Below, in pieces: positions 1 through 15,200 of a stretch of 64,000 bases of DNA. Origin of the DNA: the human T2T-CHM13v2.0 reference genome, Homo sapiens; NCBI RefSeq assembly GCF_009914755.1, contig NC_060927.1. One strand, given 5' to 3'. A model generated the notes under the pieces. The model did not search any database. It was not told the DNA's origin and was given only the letters and a program-made list of their open reading frames with translations. Position 1 is the first letter of the stretch. Every line of letters starts with the position of its first letter. A program made the position numbers and the translations under genes.

Positions 1-99
1 AACTGTCAATGCAGGCACTATGCAATATCTACCTTATTCTCTTCAGGTCTATTGAAAGGCAGAAGGAGAGAAACAAGTGGAAGGACATAGAACAGCAAT

Positions 100-285
100 A
101 GAAAGTGAGCCCTCTCTAAATACTTGATGGGTGTCCAGATCCTTTGAGTCCTGTCTGAGGTCCAGCTCTTTTCCTGTCACCGGATGCAATGAGACCTCCT
201 CTATCCTCATAAGAAATACCCCCGTTTTTTTCAAGCTGCTCTGGGTTGGTTTCCATCACTTACAATGAGAGTCAACTAAAATACC
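100..285 (+). mobile_element. Old MaLR (MLT1-type) LTR 3' fragment
   Basis: The sequence aagaaatacccccgtttttttcaagctgctctgggttggtttccatcacttacaa resembles MLT1K-type LTR ends. Boundaries are approximate. Confidence 0.45.
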
Positions 286-716
286 ATACAGACCTCCAAT
301 GTATGGTTTCTATCTCCCCATATTTATTTTACTATCCTAAGCACTTGTCTCTTTCAACAGCATTTTCTGTTATCTTGCAGTTGAGGGACCCTTTCCTAAA
401 TCCCACTGAGATTTAGGCTTAGCATAAAAACAATACTGTACGCACAAGCAGACCTCCATCATCTATTAGAAAGACTGGCAACAAAATAACCCAACCAAGC
501 CCACTGAAAGTTGGATCTCCGCACCCAAATCTCACACGGTTTATTGTGAATATTCATGAGCACTTTCACATAGGAACTGAACAAATGAATAAACTTAGAG
601 CCATACCTTCATTTGAAATTCCCCAAATAGTTTACTATCTTGAGTTTGATAGTGTTATAAATATAGAGAATATAGTAAACATTGGCTTTATGGAAATGGT
701 TAAAAAAATAATAACC

Positions 717-2918
<2,202 letters not shown>

Positions 2919-5138
2919 AATAATAACCACCACCATCATACCTAATATCTAAATACATCTTTTCTTTGTAGAATGGTATTTGGGTTATTTTGATGGCCTA
3001 CCAATTTCATTACAATAGAATTCAACTGGAATCCTTAACAAATAATTAAAATAGCCCCTGATGGAAGATTAACTTCTATATTCCCAAATAAATCTTTGTA
3101 ATGGGTTGTTTTAGTAGTGTGGTGATCACCAAAGCAATTTCCCCAAGTGAACTATGTTATTTTGAGGGAGACAGAGGCAATAAAACTACCTAGAATTATT
3201 TTCTCAAGTTTATCTGAGCTTGCCAGAGCAATTGATACACCTGTGTATGAACACAGCACAAGGAGATTGTCTTCTCCACCCTCCTCAATTTTCAGACGAA
3301 TATACTGAGGCCTGAAGAACAAGAGTCCCACAATATATGGCCAGTGTGGCACTGTCCTCTGATTCTGCTGGTCTCCCTGATGTAAATCCCTTTACATCCT
3401 ACCCCTTTGAGAAGGCTGTGTGGCTGACTTTTACAGGTTTCATAACCTTAGAAGTTAAGCTTTTCATGGAAGAACTCAGATCAACTCAGACAAACAGTGG
3501 GAAGCAATCAGCGGAATGCCAGGCATTGGGAGGGGAACTTCTGGTCCAGGCTCTGCCATTCACTCAGGTGGGGCCTTTGGACTCCATTTGTGAAAAAGAG
3601 GAGGCGATGGAACTATTGGCCATAAGGTCTTCATGACATCCTGGAGAGTCCTTATATGTCTGTAGAAGAGCCAGCTAGCCCCACTGCTTAGGCTTTTGGT
3701 GGCAGCTTCTAGTGGCTCTCTTACCCAGTGTGCAGCACTGGAAATGCATATGTTCTTATGACCAAAGGAGTTCATGACCCTCTTCCTTCAGAACCCAGGT
3801 GACATGCATGAGAGTCAACCCACAATGGCATTCAAATATCTGTCAGTAATTATAGCAAGAGCCATTTAGTTCACAGCCTTAGAAATTTACATCCCTCTAC
3901 TTTTTTCATCTTGACTTTATCTTATTTACTAGACTAGGAACAAAGGAATTTTGAGTTGACAGAATCCAATCATCTGAGTTAAGGTAAATGTCATTATAAA
4001 CAAATCAGTTCAAATAATTGATGTGTTATTTTGTCACTGTGATTTTAAAGAAAAGCACAAGCCCCTTCCAGTTCTCTTTGATAATAAAATACCATCATGG
4101 ATTTGTACACTCCTGGTTTCTGGTATCAATTCAGCCTCCTGTGATAGGTGTTACTAAAAACCTTTGAAGAACTTGTTTGTACATGCCAGATTTTCTTTAA
4201 TATACCAACCAGTAAGTAATTCTACTCTGCAGTCTTTCAAAAAAAGCTAGAAAAATGAAGCAAAAAGCAAAATAAAATGTTTGATTTTTTTTTTTTTCAC
4301 ATTTCTTTTTGTCATAAACCATGGAATATGGCTCAGGATCTCCATCTAGTGGAATCTTTAAGGTGAGAACTCTGTTGTAAAATCTCTTAGTCCTGGAAAG
4401 TTGGGGATAGGGCCATTAAATAAGACAAATAATTTTTTTTCTACACACATGCATTTATTGAGAGTCTAATATGATAAGTGTGTGTTGCTTCTTTTTAACT
4501 AGGAGAATCCATATTTCCTGGGTTACCATTAATAGGTCAGTCTCTACTAAGGTCTCCAAACCATGAAAGACCATCACATGTCATTTTGTTTACAGGGATA
4601 ACTGGGTTCTTCCTTCTTCTCTTTCCCAAGCTTATATTATAGAATTTCACTTCTTTTTTAAAAAATCCACTCTGACAGGGTAAGGAAAGGGAAAGGAAAA
4701 ACCTCAGGAAAAGCCATTTTTCTTCTAGTTGTTAATTCTCATCAAGAGTCTGATGGAGAAAGTTGTTGAGGTATATAACATACAATGTGAGCTCTCTCAG
4801 TTATGTCAAAGAGTCATAATAAGTCATGCTGTCTATGTCATGCCCCCACCCATCTGCTTCTCAGGGTGAACATACCCTATTTCTGTGCAGCAGACTGGAG
4901 AAATTTCAATGATAGCGTATCACTTTCCAGATAGAACACTTCTAATTCTTTCCGTCCTTGGAATGTAATATATGCAATTCAACTTATATTCCCACAAGCA
5001 GTGCCAACTGCTGCCCTCAGAGTAACTTTTGGAAAACTATTAGATGCACAGTCACCACCTCATGTGGCCACCCCAGTGATCTAGAAAGGCTAAGAATTCC
5101 TTCCCTGAATTTTGTATCTTTTCTTCATTATGTCTGGG

Positions 5139-5446
5139 TTTGTTTGTTGGTTTTGAGGCAGGGTCTTGCTCTGTTGCCCAGGCTACAGTGCAGTGGTGTG
5201 ATAATGGCTCATTGTAGCTTTGAACTCAAGTGATTCTCCTATTCAGCCTTCCAAATAACTGGGACTACATCATGCACTACCATACCCAACTATTTTATTT
5301 ATTTATTTATTTATCTATCTATCTTTTGTAAAGATCGGGTCTCACTATGTAGACCAGACTGGTTTCTAACTCCTGGCCTCAAGAGATCCTCCCACTGTGG
5401 CCTTCCAAAATGCTGGGATTATAGGTGCGAGCCACCAGGCCTGGCC
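5139..5446 (-). mobile_element. Old Alu (AluJ-like)
   Basis: Reverse-oriented, diverged, CpG-poor Alu dimer. Confidence 0.85.
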
Positions 5447-5502
5447 ATGTCTGGTATTTTGTTTCATGTGTATGAGTCCATCACCAATTAAACCAGGAAA
5501 CA

Positions 5503-5792
5503 TTTTTCTTTCTTCCTTCCTTCCTTTTTGTTTCTCTTTCTTTCCTTCCTTCCTTCCTTCCTTCCTTCCTTTCTTTCTTTCTCTCTTTCTCTTTCTTTCT
5601 CTCTTTCTCTTTCTTTTTCTTTCTTTCTTTCCCTCTTTTTCTCTCTTTCTTTTTCTTTCTCTCTTTCTTTCTTTCCCTCTTTTTCTTTCTTTCTCTCTTT
5701 CTTTCTTTTTCTTTCTTTCTCTCTTTCTTTCTTTCCTCCCTCCCTCAGGCCCACCCTTCCTCCCTTTCTCTCTCTCTTTCTTTCTCTCTTTC
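5503..5792. repeat. ~290-bp (TTTC/TTCC/TC)n polypyrimidine tract, expanded tail of the adjacent Alu monomer
   Basis: Almost purely C/T on +, and abuts the 3' end of the reverse Alu monomer. Confidence 0.95.
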
Positions 5793-5908
5793 TTGACAGG
5801 GTTTCCCTACGTTGCCCAGGCTGGTCTTGAACTCCTGGGCTCAAGGGATTCTCCTGCCTTGGCCTCCCAAAGTGCTAGGATTACAGGCATGAGCCACTGC
5901 ACCTGGCC
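5793..5908 (-). mobile_element. Alu monomer (FLAM_C/AluJ left arm)
   Basis: gttgcccaggctggtcttgaactcctgggctcaag...gagccactgcacctggcc. Confidence 0.85.
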
Positions 5909-6299
5909 AAGATTCCTATTTTCTAACTTCTTGGGTTCAGATCGTATGAGTGTCACACTGTCGATATGCTACTAGAAAAGATGGGGACCATTTCGAGTGC
6001 AGTAGGGATCTCTTGTTATATTTATGCTGCTCAATAGGCTGTTTATTCATTCACTATATGTGGTAAATTAATGTTTATTAAATTGAATTAAATAACACAT
6101 AATTTATATACTAGTTGTTCTTTATTGCAAAAGAAAGCATCAATTGTCAGATGGTGCTAAAGACTGCTCTCTGTGACAAATATAAATTCGTGATTGTTGA
6201 TATAAGTGACCAAAATAATCTATGCCTCAAAATCACCTGGGCCCTGTACAGTCAAATTCAATATTACTTTCATTCATAATTAAGTTTTTATTCAGGATA

Positions 6300-6740
6300 T
6301 ATGGTGAAATGATTGCATTAACAGCCCCACTTCCTCACCCTTCCATCCTTTTGCCATGTACCTTTGCAGTGTCCTCTCTGACTGTAGCCTCAGGCATGTA
6401 GCCTGCTTTGTCCAATAGGATGTTAGCAGACTTGGCTTAAGCAGAAGCCTAAAAAAGCCTTGTAAATTTTTGCTGTTTCTGTCACATCTCAGCCAAAACC
6501 ATGAAAACACATCTGTCCAGGCAAACCTGCTAGAAGATGAGAGGCATGTGGCCCAGTCACTTATGTCATACCAGGCAAATATTAGGCACATGAATGAGAC
6601 CAACTGATACAAGAAGAATCACCCAGCAGAGCAAAGCCTAAAGCCCTGACCTGCGGACTCTTGAGCTGTTATTGTCTTAAGCTACTGAGTTCTGTGGCAG
6701 TATGTCAAGAAGCATTATTGAGGCAATAGATACCTGATAG
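6300..6740 (+). mobile_element. MaLR MLT1-family solo LTR
   Basis: Typical MLT1 motifs (tgctttgtccaataggatgttagcaga; ttaagctactgagtt...gcaatagatacctgata). Confidence 0.65.
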
Positions 6741-7143
6741 ATGATGCATGCTAAGTTCTGGAATAGCATAGAAGTTCTGTTGGACAACAGTGAACTGTAG
6801 ACAAAGACAAACTACAATTTAGAATATAGGATAGATGGGAGTCAGAGAAAACAAAGGTGAGAAAGTGCCTCATATTGAGGATAAGTTGATATTTGAAGAA
6901 AGAAAATTTAAAAGGATGTAAAGTCAGACAACAAGGCCAGAATAAATATAAACATACTTAGCTAATATGTATGAAAGGAAGAAAGTCCTGATGTTGGAGG
7001 ATGGCTACCACATAAGATCTGCTGTCATCACACATTTAAATATAGTGGGGGTGATTGCTTTAAACATTAAGGAATTGCAAATGTGACTATTTCTACAACT
7101 GGGTATGTTTTCTTAGCTGTAGGTGGAGGGTAGGCTGGAAAAG

Positions 7144-7444
<301 letters not shown>

Positions 7445-7935
7445 TAGACTGCAAGAGTTCTAAAGCTTTTTCCACATGTCCCATAATTCTATCATTTCAG
7501 TATACTAGTTATTGTTTTGCAAATTTATTCTTAAAAAGTATGGTAATCATGGCCACAATTGCTGTAAGCAATGGGAAAGCAGTATCTGTATCATTAATAC
7601 CACTATGATCTGAGTGCGCTTGAGCTAGAATTCATGAGAATTCTGCTAATATTATGGTTATGGTGTTTATAACACGTTTCACTCAGGAGGTATGCTTCTT
7701 GCCTGGACCTCTAGATATTTCTGCAGAGGACAGAGTGAAACAACTGAGGTTGGACTAGAGTAACATGTCCAACTTCCTGCATGTTATTCATGCCAGGGTG
7801 TCTTTGGGCAGGACCGGGTAACAAGAGCTTAGAAGATGAATTTCCCATACTGAGTAAATTTATTTACCCCTTCCCTATCATATACACAGATGAGATGGCG
7901 CTGCCTTTCAGGTGATTTGGTTTGTGAAACAGTAA

Positions 7936-7941
7936 GTGTCT

Positions 7942-7984
<43 letters not shown>
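7936..7984. repeat. (TG)n microsatellite
   Basis: Direct reading. Confidence 0.95.
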
Positions 7985-7985
<1 letters not shown>

Positions 7986-8844
7986 ACAGAAAATTAACTT
8001 CAAGGGCCACATTAACTGTTTGTTTGTTTGGAGGGAGGATAGTTCCACGGACAAATGTCTTGTTAACCTCAACTAGAAAGCTCTCTCTGGCCAGTGACTC
8101 ACCTCATTCTTATATACCTGTAGCATCACACCTATTGAAAAGAACACCATAGACTCCTTGGTTTCTATTATTTTGTGGTAAGGAACTTTAAGTACAGTCT
8201 TGTTTCAATGGAGGTACAACAGTTTAGAATTTCTTTAATAGCAAGTGTGTTTGTCTATCCTTTACAACACAATTTTTTTAAAGTTCAATACATGTTTAAA
8301 AATTGCCTATTTCTTTGAAGAAATGGCTATTTAGATGCCTAATTTCCAACCATCTTTATCACTTCACGCATTTCTATGCCCTTTTTCCATCTTATAACCT
8401 AATGATTATAAAGAGGAAGTTTAATGATTTAGAATTAACTATACAGGTAGTAATTATGTCTCTCACTTCCTCAGAAGTTTTTTAATAATCAAAATATATT
8501 TTCTTGAAGACAGCTGGTGTAAATGCTAATGTTTGCTTTGCTGTTAAATTTTGGACAAGGCAATTAAAGGTAAATAGATGACAGCTATTGAGATGCTTTC
8601 CATAACTACTCCCTTTGCCCTTCCAGCTAGACTTTTCCATCTTTCTCACCACTTTCTTTTCCTTCTTATTCTTCACACTACCTCCTCTCCTCACTGTCAC
8701 ACAGGGCTCACTGACTGACTGCCAGACACCCAGGGTACACATATCAGGGGCTCCTCACTCTCATTTATTCTCAGCGAGGGGGAAAATCAGAGAAACATTT
8801 CTACCTAAAAATAATGATGATTCCTGTGATAATAAGTAATCAAA

Positions 8845-8970
8845 AGAATACCACTTGTTAAGGGGGCACTGCATATCTGGCATTATTCTAAGAGTGTCAT
8901 GTATATTAATTTATTTAATCTTCACAACAACCTACCCTGTATTTTATGCCCAAGTTATAGATGTTGAGAA
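8845..8970 (-). mobile_element. MIR fragment
   Basis: atttaatcttcacaacaacc...attttatgcccaagttatagatg resembles the MIR core in reverse. Confidence 0.55.
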
Positions 8971-9514
8971 AGATTCTTCTATTTTGTTTAAGGGATGAAA
9001 GTTTCATCTCTTGGTATGAGATGTACCACATTTCCCTGTGCATGTGCTGTAGTGATAGAATACTTCTTACAAGGCATTGGAACTACAGGGGATATATCTC
9101 ATATAACATAGGAGGAACCTGTTTAAGATATCAAAGAATTATTTTAGAGAAAATAACTCCTAATTACGCATACAATAAGACACATAGATTATGTATAATA
9201 TGGCTAGAGATGTACAGTGCTATATGCATAATAGGTACCTAACAGGTGTTGAACAAATGACATGGCGTATTAGTGTTCTGTGCATGTGTCTTCATTCAGC
9301 AAAATGTGGAGCCCATGAAGGGAAATGGGATTTCTTGGGAAAGTTTCCAATGCTGACATCCTAATGCTATTTAATTGAAAACAAGATTAGACTCTTGCCA
9401 CTGTGCAACAGTGTGTATAAATGTTTGTATTTTATCACTTTGACAAGATGTTTTATATTGACATATGAAGAGCAAAAATACAATCAGATCTTTTAGTCTG
9501 TCATAAAAGGTTAA

Positions 9515-9730
9515 GCATGGCATAGTGTTTAAAAGCTTGTTTCTACTCAGGTTGCCCCATTTGCATTTGCTATCTTTGTGACTTTGGCCGAGTTATCTTT
9601 TCTGTGCCTTAGTTTCCTCACTTGTATGGGGAGAAGAAACAACATGATAGCATTATCAGGATTAAAGGAGATAAACATATGTAAAATACTTGGCAAGTGA
9701 TACATAGTATTATAGATAGTAAATATTATT
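9515..9730 (+). mobile_element. MIR
   Basis: tgtgactttggccgagttatcttttctgtgccttagtttcctcacttgta is the MIR core. Confidence 0.6.
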
Positions 9731-10659
9731 ACTGCTCATAATTAAAAATGAAATAAGGAGCTGCCAAAGTAGATGCAAATAAAATTGTATTTTGTAATCT
9801 TAATAATACAAAAAGGGTTTCTCTAACCCTCATTACAATCTAAACTCGCCTGGGACCCTGCTCTGGGAAAGCAGTATCTGTATTATACGTTTCCTATACC
9901 CAGAAATCTAACTTCTCTTTATTCCCCTTGATGGATTCATGTAATCTCTACCCATGTTAACATTAGCCAAAACAAGCCCATATTGAATTCAATCGCATAA
10001 CCAGTCCAGTCTATTTAATGTTTTATTCTTCTGTCCCTAAAGTATTCCTCTGAAACAAAAGCAAAGCCAGAGGTAAGTACAAGAAAACTTGAGAACTGCT
10101 TCTTTTCCACACTGTTATAAATGCTCTCTTTTGCTATTTTCTAAGAGTAGTCCTGTGCCTTCCAAATCTCCAGGAAGCTATGCTAACTTGTAATTCCATG
10201 TGAGCTAAAGAATAAAAAGTCCATACAAAAATACAAGAATATAGCAGCAAGTTATGCCCAATACTGACCTGAAACATTAATATCCCAGGAAAAGGTCAAT
10301 AAAGTACAGCAATTTGTATTAGATAAAGAAGAGCATATGCTCTGGCTGCTATTCAAAACCTTTTCTCCTCAGTGTGACTCAAGGATGGATGATGTTTACA
10401 TGCAGAATACACTCCCTTAGTGCAGAGATAAAATAGGCCAAGGGTTGTGTGGAATCCCTAGGGAGCTAACTGCAACTGTGGTTACTTTTTCTCTTATTCA
10501 AGAGACGTGTATCTGAATGCAATAAGTATGAGTGCTTATAAATAGCCTGAAATTTATTCTAACTATATTAAAAATATGACTAATTCTCTCATGTTGATAC
10601 TTTATCATTCATAATAAATTGCTTATACCATTTCATATTTCTTGAATAGGAGGACTCAA

Positions 10660-11680
10660 CCTCATAAATATATGAATTCTCCACAAGTTAATCTAGAATG
10701 TAATGCAATCCCAATGAAAACACCTAGTTCTAGATGATCTGGGTGAAAGATTGAACAGGTAAATCCTAACTGAATACTGAAAATAAACAAGCAAGAATAG
10801 GCAGAAAAATTCTTGGAAAAAAGGAAGAGAAAATAGCAATATTCCTATCGATATTAAAACATATTTTACAGGCACAATAATTAAGATAGTAAGGTACTAG
10901 TGCTTAAAAAAAGAAAGACAATCTATAAAATAGAATATAACTTTCACTAATGGACCAAAATAAATGTGTGAAGATGGTATACAGCAGAGATGGTATTTCA
11001 AACCAGTGGGTAAGGGATGGATTATTCAACAAGTATTCCTAAAAGAATATCTGGGTAACAATCTTGTGTTGGGAGGAGTCTGGGGGAGGGTAAGGTTAGA
11101 GCCTTACATCACAACTATCCTACCAGAAATTGGAGACAGATCAAATAATCCAAACATAAACAAACGGACAGATAAGTACTTGAGGAAAACAAGAGGAAGA
11201 TGTTTAATTTTGATTCAGACTGGGAGAAGCCTTTCTGAGAAAGATCTAAACCCTGCAAAACAAAGGCTCGATAATGTCAGTTATATGAAAGAAAATATCA
11301 CTGAAAAAAACTCTCCATAAACAAATGACAAACCAGGAAATATATTTGCAACTCTCATGACAAAAGACTAAACTCATAGACGTAAGATGAGCTCCTGCAA
11401 CCTAATAGGTAAAGCACAAAAAGACAAAAGATATGGAAAAGGCCATGCACCAAAAGGAAATACAAATAGCTCCTAAACAAGTTTAAAGAAACCTAGATGA
11501 CAGGTTGAAAGGTGCAGCAAACCACCATGGCACAGTATACCTATGTAACAAACATGCACATTCATGTATCCTGGAACTTAAAGTAAAATAAAAAAAAAAG
11601 ATGCTCAGCCTTACAGTAAGAGAAATGTAAGTAAAAACTACAATGAGAGATTATTTTCTACCTATCCAAATGACAAAGGT
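10660..11680 (+). mobile_element. Ancient L1M ORF2/3' relic
   Basis: A-rich degenerate L1 ORF2-like sequence (ggatggattattcaacaag, atatatttgcaactc, aagatgctcagcc). Confidence 0.6.
11495..11599 (+). mobile_element. Very short L1PA 3' end nested in the L1M relic
   Basis: ggtgcagcaaaccaccatggcac...tatgtaacaaac...gaacttaaagtaaaataaaa followed by poly(A). Confidence 0.85.
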
Positions 11681-12591
11681 GAGATTAAAAGGTTTGTAGG
11701 AGGGAAAATGCCTCCCCTGTAGTGTTCTACTTGGAGCCTTGATTCAGAGCACACAGTAATACGAAGAAGCAAGGGGGCTTCCTAATGGGCCTGAATTGTA
11801 GGCTGATGGGACCATCTGCAGGGAACAGGGAGGAGAGTGTTCTCTAAATAGAACCGATGTTCACTGAGTGCCAACTCTTTAAGATGCAGTTATTCATTGT
11901 GATATTTATTTTCTTTTTGTGACATTTTGGGCAAGATCATGATTCAACTGTGTATAGTGTATGATGTTAACCGAAGAAGGAAGGTGATGGAGTGCTTAGA
12001 TTAGATGAAGCCTGCCTTTCCAGATTAATAATATCTTGTTAGTCACACACACCCACACATAGACACACACTCTGAAGTCACAGAGAGAAGGTGCCATGGG
12101 AGAAAGGTTAGAATCTCAAGCTCAAGTACAGCTAAAGACGCTGAATGGGGATTTATTCTCTACATTTAACTGTCCTCTTTCAGCCTAACTTGTCATTTAA
12201 ACTGCAGGAAACACCTTAATTATATCTGGGAATTTTACTGGAATTTGGAGTACACTTGGTTAATAAGACATGATTTCCTCCATGCTCCTGCTGTTGTCCC
12301 TCGTCACCTTTCTTGCTGGGAAAGGAATGGAGCCCTCCCAGGCTCTTTTCTCCTCTTGTCATTACCTGGAGGCAGGAAGCAGAGGACTTCACCTCCTTGT
12401 CTCATTTCCCAGGGGGTGGAGAAGGGACCACATCTCATTCTTGAGGGGATGGAGAAGAAGAAGAAGTCCCCTTTCCAGGTCTCCTCCAGGTTGAGCAGGA
12501 GGACAGAGGAGGAAATGCTCAGGACGGTCAGAGGGTCTGCTGAGCTGCGGCTGGGCAGATGAGTCCAAGACAGCCTCAGAGCATCCCCAGA

Positions 12592-12592
<1 letters not shown>

Positions 12593-12627
<35 letters not shown>
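12593..12627. repeat. (TG)n microsatellite
   Basis: Direct reading. Confidence 0.95.
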
Positions 12628-12629
<2 letters not shown>

Positions 12630-13719
12630 TGGACAATGGGAGGGGGGTGAGCAGAATGCTTCCCACTGCCTGAGAGTGGCACAGACATGCCCCAGCCTGC
12701 TGGCATCCCTGGTGCTACTTTGCTGCCAGGACAAGCAAGGGTGTAGAAGTGAAGTGTGTGGACACATGCTTGAAATCCAGAGTATATCACCTCTGTGAAT
12801 CAGCGTACCCAACTAACAACCAAGAGCAGAGGGCTCTGTCTGTGACACCTTCGTGCTCCAAGGCCTCCAGGAATTGGACACGGTCCCAGGGAAAGAGACT
12901 TAGTTTCAGTTACCCAGCATAGTAAAGCATCAAAACAGAAAATAATTTTAGTTACAGAAAAAAGTAAAAAAATTTGTTCTAGTACACTCAGGCTTGAGGA
13001 TTAAAATGTATTCAAGTACAGATATTTGGGAAGGAAGGTTCTAGTTAGAAGTGCCTCAAATTCCAGGTTAAATCATGTGTAATTCATCATGGAAGCCCAG
13101 AGACTCCATGGATGTTTCTGAGAATTTTCTCTGCCTAGATGAAGCACAAGCTGGTCCGGGAAGGAACTGTAGCCACTACCATAGCACTTAAACACTCTTA
13201 GATAAATACCGCAGATGCCTTTTCACCTTAAAGAAGAGACATGACAGCTATTGTGAGGTGCTGATTAATAAGCTGAGTGGTTGCCCCAAGTCCGGTTTGT
13301 GAAAAACAGGTCACAGAGCTGTGATTGGAAACGTTATAGACGCTACTGCCCAAAAGTCCCACCTGGATGATGCCAATTTCAGAAGCGTCATATCAGCTCT
13401 CCATTTCCATCTGCAGATTTCAGAGAACACTGACAACTTTAGAAAACATGGAAATTGGGTTGATTTTAACTATGTTAAGGATGAAACTTTAAGTGGTCAT
13501 GGTTGGACACAGGAGAAAAGAAATAACCAAAATCAGAGCTGAACTGAATGAGATGCAAAATTCTATACAGAAGATCATTGTTGGAAATCATGGTGGAGTT
13601 GATAGTTTTGTTCAGCCTTTAAAACATTTTTTTTGATGTATGCATTGTTCAAATTACTGGTCCCATTAGATCAATAATTGTATTTTGCTAGAGGTTGTAT
13701 ATTAATCTTCACTGTAACT

Positions 13720-14452
<733 letters not shown>

Positions 14453-14954
14453 GGTTCATTGCATCCCTGTCTCTAGCATGGTGATTGCCACTCAGTAGGG
14501 GTTTTACAAATGTTGGTGAATTAATTAGTTCATTAGTTAATGAGTGACTATTACAGCCTAAAAGTTTTTCAAATGCAAATGCAATAACAGATGTGTTTAT
14601 TTAACATCAAATAAGGGGATAATTTAAAACAAAAAGCCAAAAATGCATATAAGGCAAAATTCTATTTTATTGCCCTCAATAAATAATCAGTGAACTAGTA
14701 AACATCTATTTATGTACTTATGCTACTACGTAGCATCCATATAATTGAACAGTTGGATTTTAAACTCAGCAAGATATAATAACTACAGGCCAACCACGTC
14801 ACCTTTCGGGACTTGACTCAACTAAAAGGGATGTCTGGGAAAGGTGTGTGGGAGCGCCTTTACTGGGCCCAGTGATATATTTTATTTTTGAAGTTGAGTC
14901 AGGGCTTTCCAGGAGTTTGATTTATTATTATGCTACCTAACTTCATACCGGCAC

Positions 14955-15200
14955 TGAGTACTGTTTAGGGACACAGGTTGAAGCCAGACGGCTTGGGTTC
15001 AAATCCCAGCTCTTCCCATTTGCCATGTGATGTTTGGGATGGCACTTACTCCTTCTGGGCTTCAGTCTCCTCATAGGTAAATTAAAGGCAACAACACTGC
15101 CCACTTCTTAGGGTGCGTGTGAGGACTGACTGGATTTGTATATGCAGAGTGCTTAGAGCATAAGACAGAGTAGCCTGGAAGTGTTAGCTCTTACGTTATT
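14955..15200 (+). mobile_element. MIR
   Basis: gggttcaaatcccagctct...cttcagtctcctcataggtaaa...gtgaggactga. Confidence 0.7.

Noticed and set aside
5397-5975. 192-aa F/L/S-rich ORF and its antisense K/E/R-rich ORF
   Set aside because: These are translations of the (TTTC)n tract plus Alu sequence, and low-complexity DNA simply lacks stop codons.
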